A DNA stretch of 46,430 nucleotides from an uncultured Candidatus Saccharibacteria bacterium (GCA_964439045.1 CAYTMO010000003.1:1-46430); one strand, 5' to 3'. Shown: positions 1 through 6,966, counted from the first letter of the stretch. Translations and numbers: made by a program. The notes: generated from the sequence alone by a model not told the origin.

Positions 1-18
1 ATAAATTGGCATACCCCG

Positions 19-236
19 ATCCCGTTTGTGGTCTTTGTCCCAATCCCGGCCATGTTCAGCGACGGGATTAGGGATCGGGATTGGTCGGGATCGCATTGAA
101 ATTGCTCACAAAAGGTCGGGATTGATGAATGGGATTTATATCCATCGTTATACTACCAATCCCGACACCGCTATACTGTTTATGAACAGTAGCGGTCGGA
201 GGGATAAATGATTTTGAAGGTTCACGCTAGCCGGGA
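19..236. repeat. Iteron-like array: about 11 copies of CGGGAT / ATCCCG (some AGGGAT or TGGGAT) in both orientations
   Basis: Hand count of hexamers starting at 19, 43, 63, 70, 76, 86, 117, 130, 159, 200 and 231. The segment is non-coding and visibly AT-richer than the rest of the window. Confidence 0.7.
174..191. promoter_or_regulatory. Inverted repeat TACTGTT-TATG-AACAGTA (operator-like)
   Basis: Perfect 7-bp arms with a 4-bp spacer inside the terminal repeat region. Function unknown. Confidence 0.3.
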
Positions 237-247
237 TTGAGGGCGAT

Positions 248-263
248 GGTATCACGTGAAGCC
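248..263. promoter_or_regulatory. Copy of the 16-bp palindrome family (GGTATCACGTGAAGCC)
   Basis: TCACGTGA core with a GGTA flank, in non-coding DNA downstream of the leftmost gene. Confidence 0.5.
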
Positions 264-411
264 TTGCGGCGTCAGGATTGGTAGTGCAACGGAGTTTCGG
301 TCGCGGTGTAGTGAGCGGGGTTGAACTGGTGTCAGACTGCTAATGGCCGGGGATAGCTGGTGGCCGGGAGGGAGGGGCGCGAATGGAAACCCCCGCCCTC
401 CACGCCAACAG

Positions 412-651
412 TCAGGATCGTTTGGAAACGTCGGCAGTCCCGCGCAACTGCCGACGTTTCCAAAAGGGATCGAAAGCGAAGGGAACGTCGATCCACGCGT
501 GCCCATCGAGTTGGTTGATGAACCAGCGGTGTGTCGTGTTCTTGTGCCTGCGCAAGATTGCGTAGGCTTCTTTCGTCGCCCGAACGTATAGGTCGGATTC
601 GTGGCTGTCTGTCGGTATGCCAGCCTCGACCATGTCGCTATAAATGCTCAT
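412..651 (-). CDS. Hypothetical protein (79 aa)
   Basis: ATG at 651 preceded by AAAGGA 8 nt upstream. Last gene of the leftward block. The upstream extension to 693 lacks an RBS. Confidence 0.6.
   Translation of the reverse strand: MSIYSDMVEAGIPTDSHESDLYVRATKEAYAILRRHKNTTHRWFINQLDGHAWIDVPFAFDPFWKRRQLRGTADVSKRS
421..464. terminator. Perfect 17-bp inverted repeat hairpin (TTTGGAAACGTCGGCAG / CTGCCGACGTTTCCAAA), candidate end-of-operon terminator
   Basis: Arms at 421-437 and 448-464 with a 10-nt loop. It overlaps the last codons of the 412..651 CDS. The U-tract is weak in both directions. Confidence 0.35.
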
Positions 652-724
652 GTCATTTGTCCTTTCGCACCCAGCGCACCCACAGTGTTCCATCGGCGAG
701 ATAGATGACCACGCGGCGCATGGC

Positions 725-1327
725 CTAGCCCTTCCACTCGTCGCCGAAGATCACGAGGGAATGCTTGGCGATGCAAGCGTCGGCCTCCGCCTTCCATCGC
801 GGGCGTTGCGTCTCGATCCATTCCGCCAAGCGTGTCTTGGCGTCAGGGCACCCGGTACCCCAATACCGCGCCTGTTTGACGCTGGTGAACACGCCAGCGT
901 GGGCGGAGTACCCGTCGCCCATGAGCGGAAGCAGGACGGCGTCAACGTCGCGCTCATCAATGCGGAAGTGTTCGGCCAGCAATGCCCGGCGCTTCGTCCA
1001 ATCGGGTTTTGGCGAGTAGATTGCGCCCTGGTCATAGAAGCGGAAGAACCCGTTTTCCAAGGCGTACATCGGCTCGCCGTCGATGCTTGACAGATGCAAC
1101 GCGGCCAAGTCGTCGAAGCGGGTGCCGAAGTGCTTGCGGATTTCGTCGTGCGCGCATCCGCCCGAAGCGTTCCCGATGCGATGGTCGCGGAGCGTGCCAT
1201 AGCTACAGGTCAGGGAAAAGTAAGGCGACTTGTTCCCCCGGGGGTAGTGCAATCCGCCGTTGACGATGATTTGCTCGGCTTCGCCGTTGCGGGCGTAGTT
1301 TCGCGTCGCGAGTACAGGTCCCGACAT
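725..1327 (-). CDS. Hypothetical protein (200 aa)
   Basis: ATG at 1327 (MSGPVLATRNY...). The start is only 1 nt from the stop of the upstream gene (TGAcATG). The longer 272-aa ORF in the track is an upstream read-through. Confidence 0.65.
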   Translation of the reverse strand: MSGPVLATRNYARNGEAEQIIVNGGLHYPRGNKSPYFSLTCSYGTLRDHRIGNASGGCAHDEIRKHFGTRFDDLAALHLSSIDGEPMYALENGFFRFYDQGAIYSPKPDWTKRRALLAEHFRIDERDVDAVLLPLMGDGYSAHAGVFTSVKQARYWGTGCPDAKTRLAEWIETQRPRWKAEADACIAKHSLVIFGDEWKG

Positions 1328-1328
1328 G

Positions 1329-1538
1329 TCAACCCCCCTGGCGCGAGCGTTTGCATTCGGCGAAGCGTTTCTGCGCCGCGTCCAGCGTCCTGAAGCTATC
1401 CCAGGACAAGCGTCGCCGTTCGCTATCGAATGACCGCACGTGATAGACGCCGTGCTGTACGTACAGCATGACGCTACCGTTTTGGTTCGCGTCCTCTTGC
1501 ACGTAGCCACCGTGCAATGCGTAAGATGAAAGTTGCAT
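1329..1538 (-). CDS. Hypothetical protein (69 aa), bracketed by 25-bp direct repeats
   Basis: ATG at 1538 (MQLSSYALHGG...) and ends ...RSRQGG. The same junction sequence occurs at both ends. Confidence 0.6.
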   Translation of the reverse strand: MQLSSYALHGGYVQEDANQNGSVMLYVQHGVYHVRSFDSERRRLSWDSFRTLDAAQKRFAECKRSRQGG

Positions 1539-1539
1539 G

Positions 1540-1758
1540 TCAACCCCCCTGGCGCGAGCGCTGCAACGCGGCCCAGCGACGGCGAGCGGCGTCGCGTTGC
1601 GCCAGAGTGGCCAGCATTTCCTGGTGAAGAATGGCGCAGTCAAGGGGCGCGTCGTGAATGTCGCGCTCCGGGTCCGCGAAGCGTGCATCGACGGGAATGA
1701 GATAGTCGTCGACTGTGGCCAGGGTGCGACGTTCGGCGTAGCCAAGATGACGGGGCAT
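1540..1758 (-). CDS. Hypothetical protein (72 aa)
   Basis: ORF with ATG at 1758 and an AAAGGA RBS. Also ends ...RSRQGG. Confidence 0.6.
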   Translation of the reverse strand: MPRHLGYAERRTLATVDDYLIPVDARFADPERDIHDAPLDCAILHQEMLATLAQRDAARRRWAALQRSRQGG

Positions 1759-1771
1759 GGTTCGGGTCCTT

Positions 1772-2002
1772 TCAGGTTGCGAGCGAACGAAGGGCTTTGT
1801 ATGTCGGCTTGCCCTTCATGCCGATGCTACGCCACGCGGCGGTGACCGCGTCGCCGTCGTTGTTCCATTTGTTGACGGACGTGGTCAACGTCTTTTCAAC
1901 GGCGGACATGAAGCGACCGAGCTTGGCGCCGTCGCGCGCCCATTCGTAGCGCGCGAGCAATTCGCGTTGATAGGCGTCAAGGAAAGCTTGTTTCGTTGCC
2001 AT
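1772..2002 (-). CDS. Hypothetical protein (76 aa), bracketed by ~30-bp direct repeats
   Basis: ATG at 2002 preceded by AAAGGAACC. Ends ...SLAT, like the upstream gene, which ends ...APAT. Confidence 0.6.
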   Translation of the reverse strand: MATKQAFLDAYQRELLARYEWARDGAKLGRFMSAVEKTLTTSVNKWNNDGDAVTAAWRSIGMKGKPTYKALRSLAT

Positions 2003-2016
2003 GGTTCAGGTTCCTT

Positions 2017-2739
2017 TCAGGTTGCGGGGGCGAAATGCACGGCACCATGGCCATGCACAATGATCGAAACGTCGACGCGTGCTTTTGCCCGCGTTCCGCC
2101 GCACGCGCGGCACTCAGCGCATGTCGTCTTGTGGCCAGCCTCTGCCGAGGCAGGGCAAGCGATCTCGTAGGCTTCTAATGGGTCCGTCGCGCCCCTGACA
2201 CGGAACGTGCGGAAGCCTAGCAGCTTTGCGGCCGCGCGATCCGCTGACGTGTCAGCTGACGCCATGCAATACGGCGCCAGTTCGGGAAAGGCGCGCCATT
2301 GATGCGTGTAGCCACTGTGGGCCACGCTTCGTGCGGTCAGGCGTTCCCACACGTGCAAGGGTACTGCGGCAGGATCCCCATAGCTACCAATGCGCACGAC
2401 GCGGCCGGCGCCTACATCCTCGGGCGAAGCTTCGGTGTAGATGCCGCGATGGTAGGAACGCCAGACATTCTGGGGCGCCTGGAATACCAGCACGTAGCAA
2501 GAGCGGCCGCGCACCTTGACGCCGTCCGTCGTGCCGCGGTGCGGGCATTCGCCGCACACTGACGCATCGGCGCCGGAGTCGATCGCGTCGACTGGCGAGA
2601 TATCCTCGCGCAAGATCCAGGTCTGGACCATTGCACCCGTCTTGCCATTGGTGGAACGCTTGGCCAGCCCCGTTGCGATTGCGATAATTGGCGAGCCGTC
2701 CAGCATCGAGGGCCCACGGTATATGATTGCGCCGTTCAT
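2017..2739 (-). CDS. Cys-rich hypothetical protein (240 aa)
   Basis: ATG at 2739 (MNGAIIYRGPS...). Contains CGECPH and CAECRACGG motifs, suggesting metal binding. No family assigned. Confidence 0.65.
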   Translation of the reverse strand: MNGAIIYRGPSMLDGSPIIAIATGLAKRSTNGKTGAMVQTWILREDISPVDAIDSGADASVCGECPHRGTTDGVKVRGRSCYVLVFQAPQNVWRSYHRGIYTEASPEDVGAGRVVRIGSYGDPAAVPLHVWERLTARSVAHSGYTHQWRAFPELAPYCMASADTSADRAAAKLLGFRTFRVRGATDPLEAYEIACPASAEAGHKTTCAECRACGGTRAKARVDVSIIVHGHGAVHFAPAT

Positions 2740-2813
2740 GGCTTTATTCCCTTTTCTGAAGCTTCTGGCGCTTCGTGCTAGGCGCGAGACAAGCCCACGC
2801 CTAGCCCGCAACG

Positions 2814-3329
2814 TCAGGCGCGGAATGCATGCCTTAAAGCGGGAAACATGTAGTCGGGCAGCGAGCCGTAGTATTCGACGTCGCCTCCCATATCCTCCAA
2901 GACAAACTTGCGCTGATCGATCGGGAAAAAGCCGTTCTCTTCCTTGTACTCAAGCTGCCCGATCACTTCGGCTTCGATGATGCGCCGGAACAGAAGCGAC
3001 GACGCATCGCCATAGACGGTCGCGAGTTGCGTTTGCTGTAGCGCGCAAACCTTGCGCTCGCCAGCGTCGTCAAAGCCGGCATTGGCGAGGATGTGGCAAG
3101 CGTCGTGCCACGCGCGAGCGGCAAGGTTCATCTCGGGATCGCCGTATATGGTGCGATCGCAGTGGAGCGACGACACTGTGATGACGCCATCGCGCTTCGC
3201 TCGCGCCTTGAGTTGCGCCAGTGACGACGGCGCGTTGCGCGAGACATTCCATCCGCGCGGGTTGGTCAGGCGTGCGAGGCGAAGTGTGGCCACGTTGAAC
3301 GCGGGAAACATCGGCTTAAGCATGTTCAT
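2814..3329 (-). CDS. Hypothetical protein (171 aa)
   Basis: ATG at 3329 (MNMLKPMF...) preceded by AGGAGT. The upstream part of the 255-aa ORF is Arg/Pro-rich read-through. Confidence 0.65.
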   Translation of the reverse strand: MNMLKPMFPAFNVATLRLARLTNPRGWNVSRNAPSSLAQLKARAKRDGVITVSSLHCDRTIYGDPEMNLAARAWHDACHILANAGFDDAGERKVCALQQTQLATVYGDASSLLFRRIIEAEVIGQLEYKEENGFFPIDQRKFVLEDMGGDVEYYGSLPDYMFPALRHAFRA

Positions 3330-3417
3330 TACTCCTAGGGTTAGATTGTGGAGCGGACGTACAGGAAGACGATGTAAGTGGCGAGCGCAAGCGCCCCGAA
3401 CAGGCCGATCGGCACGG

Positions 3418-3651
3418 TCAAACACTCCCTTGCTTGGCGGGGATTGCACCTTCGGTCGCGCCATGCTCGATCGTGGCCACGAGCGTGTCCATGGCGTCTT
3501 GCGCGTCGTCTGTGTAGTAGGCGCGATCCTCGCACCACTGCGGGTCACGCGGCCGATACGGCGCCACGCGGTATTCGCCATCGCGCTTGCTGACGCTGTA
3601 TTCGTTAGCGCGAGCTACGGCTTTCAGGGTTTCGAGCTTGATACGCGCCAT
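3418..3651 (-). CDS. Hypothetical protein (77 aa), first gene of the left early block
   Basis: ATG at 3651 (MARIKLETLK...) preceded by GAAGGGA. Lies downstream of the repeat-rich control region. Confidence 0.6.
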   Translation of the reverse strand: MARIKLETLKAVARANEYSVSKRDGEYRVAPYRPRDPQWCEDRAYYTDDAQDAMDTLVATIEHGATEGAIPAKQGSV

Positions 3652-3740
3652 GTGGCGTTCCCTTCGTTGTTGATGATGTGAGATTGCGCCTGTACTCCGA
3701 GCATGACAAGCGCTTCGTGAGCGTGAACGCAAGAAAGCAA

Positions 3741-3835
3741 TGACGTTGCGCATCTTCGATGGATTGTTGCGCGTTAGCTGGTGAGCAGCGCATGATTGTT
3801 GCGGCGATCGTTTGCGTACGAATGATCGTTGCGCA
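3741..3835. repeat. Four spaced copies of TGAYNGTTGCG (operator or iteron-like)
   Basis: TGACGTTGCG at 3741, GATTGTTGCG at 3762, TGATTGTTGCG at 3793 and TGATCGTTGCG at 3823. Spacing is about 21, 31 and 30 bp. Non-coding, upstream of the leftward gene at 3651. Confidence 0.55.
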
Positions 3836-3960
3836 CCAGGGAAGCGGCGACGCGGGCATTGGCTAGCGTGAGCATATTACTAGTTGGCAATATAGCGATG
3901 CAGGCATGTGTAATGGGCGTTACACTTCGCGAGTGAATTGGATCATGGGTCGATGGTCAT

Positions 3961-3983
3961 CTGATATATCAGTTGCATATCAG
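3961..3983. promoter_or_regulatory. 12-bp palindrome CTGATATATCAG followed by a third ATATCAG half-site
   Basis: Perfect palindrome at 3961-3972 and an ATATCAG half-site at 3977-3983. Confidence 0.4.
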
Positions 3984-4104
3984 ACCGGGCGCACGACCCA
4001 CTCACACTCACTCTCGTCGTCACCAAAACGCGGAAGCTGAACACAAGCACTCGCCATCATGCGCCCTGGTTGCGATGGTTATCCGATGCTGACCTATGCG
4101 CGCA

Positions 4105-4116
4105 ACGTTATAACGT
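4105..4116. promoter_or_regulatory. 12-bp AT-rich palindrome ACGTTATAACGT (copy 1)
   Basis: Perfect palindrome. An identical copy lies at 4420-4431. Confidence 0.5.
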
Positions 4117-4173
4117 AACGCGGTCGATGGTCATACGTGCACGAACGATCGCCTCGGCTGGCGGCCGAGCGCC

Positions 4174-4217
4174 GGGGGCACTTTGGGGGCGGGGGTGGGG
4201 TCGCGGCGGCCGCGACC
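4174..4217 (+). other. G-quadruplex-type G-run cluster followed by a 19-bp GC palindrome
   Basis: G5 at 4174, G5 at 4185, G5 at 4191 and G4 at 4197. The palindrome GGTCGCGGC-G-GCCGCGACC spans 4199-4217. Confidence 0.4.
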
Positions 4218-4416
4218 TCCCAGATCGCCCCAGACCCCCACCGAAAAACGAGGCAACATCTTGTGTTGACCAGAAATAAACCCCAGAACCACCCCAGAAA
4301 AACGAAGCAAGATAAGATCTTACCTCGCCCCCTACCCCGGCAGCGCAAAAGCCGAACCCCAGCAAATTCCAGAAAAATCGAGAACCCCTGGCCAGACACC
4401 AGTCAACATAAGATCT
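4218..4416 (+). repeat. C/A-rich repeat field with CCAGA motifs, GAAAAAYGARG boxes and ATAAGATCT repeats
   Basis: At least 7 CCAGA motifs. GAAAAAYGARG boxes at 4243, 4297 and 4372. ATAAGATCT at 4312 and 4408. No credible ORF on either strand. Confidence 0.55.
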
Positions 4417-4419
4417 CGT

Positions 4420-4431
4420 ACGTTATAACGT
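4420..4431. promoter_or_regulatory. 12-bp palindrome ACGTTATAACGT (copy 2), abutting the late promoter
   Basis: Identical to the copy at 4105-4116. It lies 3 nt from the palindrome at 4435-4450. Confidence 0.5.
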
Positions 4432-4434
4432 ATC

Positions 4435-4450
4435 GGTATCACGGGATACC
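4435..4450. promoter_or_regulatory. Palindrome-family site GGTATCACGGGATACC, 4 nt upstream of a -35 box
   Basis: 7 of 8 positions are self-complementary. Same GGTATCAC arm as five other sites. Confidence 0.55.
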
Positions 4451-4454
4451 GCGC

Positions 4455-4483
4455 TTGACACTCGAAATGGGCTCATGTAGCTT
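4455..4483 (+). promoter_or_regulatory. Candidate sigma70-type late promoter (TTGACA, 17-nt spacer, TAGCTT)
   Basis: Consensus -35 box at 4455-4460 and a -10 box at 4478-4483 with T1, A2 and T6. It is the only strong promoter-like site ahead of the 28-kb rightward block. Confidence 0.5.
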
Positions 4484-4489
4484 GGCATG

Positions 4490-4574
4490 GTCGAGGCTGC
4501 CCTGGTCTCCCCGCCACGAAGGCTGGCCTCGACCGTGCGCTTGGAGGGGCCGCACGAAAAACGGTAGCCCCTCC
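4490..4574 (+). other. Structured leader with two 8-bp GC hairpins upstream of terS
   Basis: First hairpin: GTCGAGGC 4490-4497 pairs with GCCTCGAC 4526-4533. Second hairpin: GGAGGGGC 4543-4550 pairs with GCCCCTCC 4567-4574. No U-tract follows either. The AGGAGA RBS comes next. Confidence 0.45.
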
Positions 4575-4596
4575 ACACTGACCAGGAGACCAAGAC

Positions 4597-5205
4597 GTGG
4601 CCCGACCGAGAAAGAACCCAGCCGCACCGAGACCCAAGCACGTCCGCGGCAACTATGAAGTCCCGGCCGGCACGGGGACGCAGAAGATCAATGATCGCCA
4701 CGAACTCCTGGTGCTCAAGTATTTCGAGTACGACTTCAACCGCGAGAAGGCGGCCAAGGCGTGCGGCTACAAGAGTGCAGCCGTGTATACGTCCAGGCTC
4801 TTCCGTCATCCCAACGTGGTGGCCATGATCAAGAAGAAGCAGGCTGAGATGGCTCAGAAGCATGAGCTGAACGAGGACTGGGTCATCCGGCGTCTGATGA
4901 CGATCGCCGATGCGTCGTTGGGCGACGTGTTGATCGACATGGGACCGGATGCGGACCTGACGGCTTTGACGAAGGAGCAGCGATACGCACTGGCCGAGTA
5001 CAAGAGCGAGATCTACGTGGACGGGCGCGGCGACAATGCGCGCGACGTGAAGCGCGTGTCGGTCAAGCTGGCGGACAAGCTGGCGGCGCTGGAGAAGTTG
5101 GGCAAGCGCCTGGGCTTGTTCACCGACAAGGTGCAGTTGGATGCGTCGGACGAACTGGTCAAGGCTTTGCAGGCTGGGAGGGCGCGGGTGCATGACGGAG
5201 GATGA
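4597..5205 (+). CDS. terS: Terminase small subunit (202 aa)
   Basis: GTG start 8 nt after AGGAGA. The sequence (KYFEYDFNREKAAKACGY...) is recognised as a Terminase_2-type small subunit. It lies directly upstream of terL. Confidence 0.8.
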   Translation: MARPRKNPAAPRPKHVRGNYEVPAGTGTQKINDRHELLVLKYFEYDFNREKAAKACGYKSAAVYTSRLFRHPNVVAMIKKKQAEMAQKHELNEDWVIRRLMTIADASLGDVLIDMGPDADLTALTKEQRYALAEYKSEIYVDGRGDNARDVKRVSVKLADKLAALEKLGKRLGLFTDKVQLDASDELVKALQAGRARVHDGG

Positions 5206-5368
5206 AGACGCTAAGACATTGAAAATACTGGAAGATCTGATCCGGCGCGTGGTGCGTGAGGAGCTTGAGAAGCGGCCGGTGATCTACATCCAGCCGTCTC
5301 TACCGCAACCGTCACCGTACTGGCCGAGCCCGGTGTGGAGCGGAACGCCTCCGATCGTCGGCTTATGA
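5192..5368 (+). CDS. Small hypothetical protein (58 aa) between terS and terL
   Basis: ATG at 5192. Its stop overlaps the terL start (ATGA at 5365-5368). Below the 60-aa cutoff when counted from the ATG. Confidence 0.45.
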   Translation: MTEDEDAKTLKILEDLIRRVVREELEKRPVIYIQPSLPQPSPYWPSPVWSGTPPIVGL

Positions 5369-6963
5369 AGCCACGCGGGGAGTTCAACTACGACGTCGAA
5401 CTGGCCAAGATGCTGGCCAACTTCTATGGCGACCCGATGGGGTACGTCATGTTCTGCTTCCCGTGGGACAGCAACCCCGAGATCCAGCTCGTCGAGCTTC
5501 AGGAGCCCTGGCGCTCAAAGTACAAGAGCCGCTTCGGCCCCGACAAATGGGCGTGCGAGTTTCTGGAACAGTGGGGCGAGGAGATCCGCTCCCGACGTTT
5601 CGACGGCACCAGATCCGTGCCGGCGATCCAGTTCTCGACCGCTTCGGGCCACGGCATCGGCAAGTCGACGCTGACGGCGTGGATCATCAAGTTCATCATG
5701 GACACGAGGCCCTTCGCCAAGGGCACGGTCACGGCCGGCACGGACACGCAGCTTCGCACGAAGACGTGGTCGGAGCTGGGCAAGTGGCATTCGCTATCGC
5801 TGACGCGCAACTGGTTCCAGTGGAACACCGGGCGCGGGGCGATGAGCCTCACGCACAAGCAGTACCCGCGCTGGGCCTGCACGGCGCAGACCTGTCGCGA
5901 GGAGAACTCGGAAGCCTTCGCGGGTCAGCACGCAGCGAACTCGACCTCGTTCTACGTGTTCGACGAAGCCTCCCAGATCCCCGACAAGATCTACGAAGTC
6001 CGAGACGGCGGCACGCTGACCGGCGAGGCCATGACGTTCGACTTCGGCAACCCGACCCGCAACAGTGGCCGGTTCTTCGAGCAGTGCGTGGGCAAGCTCA
6101 AGCACCGCTACAACGTGCGCATGATCGACAGCCGTACGGTCTCGATCACCAACAAGGAGCGCATGGAGCAGTGGCGCCAGGACCACGGCGACGAGAGCGA
6201 CTACTTCAAGGTTCGCGTCCGCGGCATGTTCCCCTCGAAGGGCTCGGCGCAGTTCATTCCGACCGAAGACGTCCTGGCTGCGGCATCACGTGATGCCTTC
6301 ACCGATCGCACGGCGCCCCTCATCATCGGGGTGGACGTGGCCCGCTTCGGCGACGACAGCTCGGTGATTTACCCGCGCCTGGGCATGGACGCGCGCTCGT
6401 TCGCGCCTACGACCTCGAAGGGCATCTACAAGGGCCTGGACACGGTGCAGTTGGCCGGCAAGGTCAAGGAGACGATCGGCGAGTTCAGGTCCAGGGGCAA
6501 GAACTGTTCGGCCCTGTTCGTGGACGGCGGCGGCATCGGCGGCGGCGTCGTCGATCAGCTCAGGCACTCGGGATACGATCCGATCGAAGTGCAGTTCGGC
6601 GGCAAGCCCACGGACGTTGCGACCTACCGCTTCAAGATCGACGAGATGTACGGAGCGCTGCGTTCAGCCTTGGCCGGCAGGTTGGCCATCCCCGCCGAAG
6701 GGTCGGAGATCGGCAACATCCTGAAAGAGCAGTTGACGCAGCGCGAGTTCTCCTATACCCTTTTGGGGAACAAGATCAACCTGGAGAGCAAGAAGGACAT
6801 GAAGGAGAGGCTCGGGGGCGAATACTCCTCCCCTGATGAAGCCGATGGGCTAGCTCTCACCTTCGCCCAGGACATAGCAGTTGACGTCGGCCTGGGGATG
6901 GTCGATAACGCACCGCGGCAAGCCATTCACGACTACGACCCCTACTCTGACGACGAAGGATGA
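5365..6963 (+). CDS. terL: Terminase large subunit (532 aa)
   Basis: Walker-A-like SGHGIGKST motif, with size and position typical of terL. Start chosen at the ATGA overlap; the alternative start is 5335. Confidence 0.85.
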   Translation: MKPRGEFNYDVELAKMLANFYGDPMGYVMFCFPWDSNPEIQLVELQEPWRSKYKSRFGPDKWACEFLEQWGEEIRSRRFDGTRSVPAIQFSTASGHGIGKSTLTAWIIKFIMDTRPFAKGTVTAGTDTQLRTKTWSELGKWHSLSLTRNWFQWNTGRGAMSLTHKQYPRWACTAQTCREENSEAFAGQHAANSTSFYVFDEASQIPDKIYEVRDGGTLTGEAMTFDFGNPTRNSGRFFEQCVGKLKHRYNVRMIDSRTVSITNKERMEQWRQDHGDESDYFKVRVRGMFPSKGSAQFIPTEDVLAAASRDAFTDRTAPLIIGVDVARFGDDSSVIYPRLGMDARSFAPTTSKGIYKGLDTVQLAGKVKETIGEFRSRGKNCSALFVDGGGIGGGVVDQLRHSGYDPIEVQFGGKPTDVATYRFKIDEMYGALRSALAGRLAIPAEGSEIGNILKEQLTQREFSYTLLGNKINLESKKDMKERLGGEYSSPDEADGLALTFAQDIAVDVGLGMVDNAPRQAIHDYDPYSDDEG

Positions 6964-6966
6964 TCG

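Larger units (their letters stand above)
3948..4134. repeat. Pair of 13-bp direct repeats GGTCGATGGTCAT (3948-3960 and 4122-4134)
   Basis: Identical 13-mers 174 bp apart in AT-richer non-coding DNA. Confidence 0.6.

Noticed and set aside
174-191. LexA/SOS box (TACTGTTTATGAACAGTA resembles CTGT-N8-ACAG).
   Set aside because: The spacing is CTGT-N6-ACAG, two bases shorter than the gamma/beta-proteobacterial SOS box, and it does not match the alphaproteobacterial GTTC-N7-GTTC type. Kept only as an unassigned inverted repeat.
240-411. Possible tRNA or small RNA gene in the non-coding stretch between the hexamer array and the first gene.
   Set aside because: I found no T-loop (GTTCRAnYC) with matching stems or cloverleaf on either strand. 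Only the palindrome site and a GC hairpin are evident.
3341-3538. 65-aa ORF with a hydrophobic C-terminus between two left-arm genes; a 24-aa membrane peptide from the GTG near 3415 is possible.
   Set aside because: The N-terminal two-thirds is Arg-rich read-through overlapping the 3418..3651 gene. Only a very short peptide would be plausible, and I cannot support it from sequence alone.
4070-5193. ORFs in the track covering the central non-coding region (4070..4279, 4094..4399, 4108..4365, 4137..4658, 4423..5193).
   Set aside because: Their translations are low-complexity Pro/Arg/Gly strings. They overlap each other and the repeat field, lack RBSs, and are typical spurious ORFs of GC-rich DNA.
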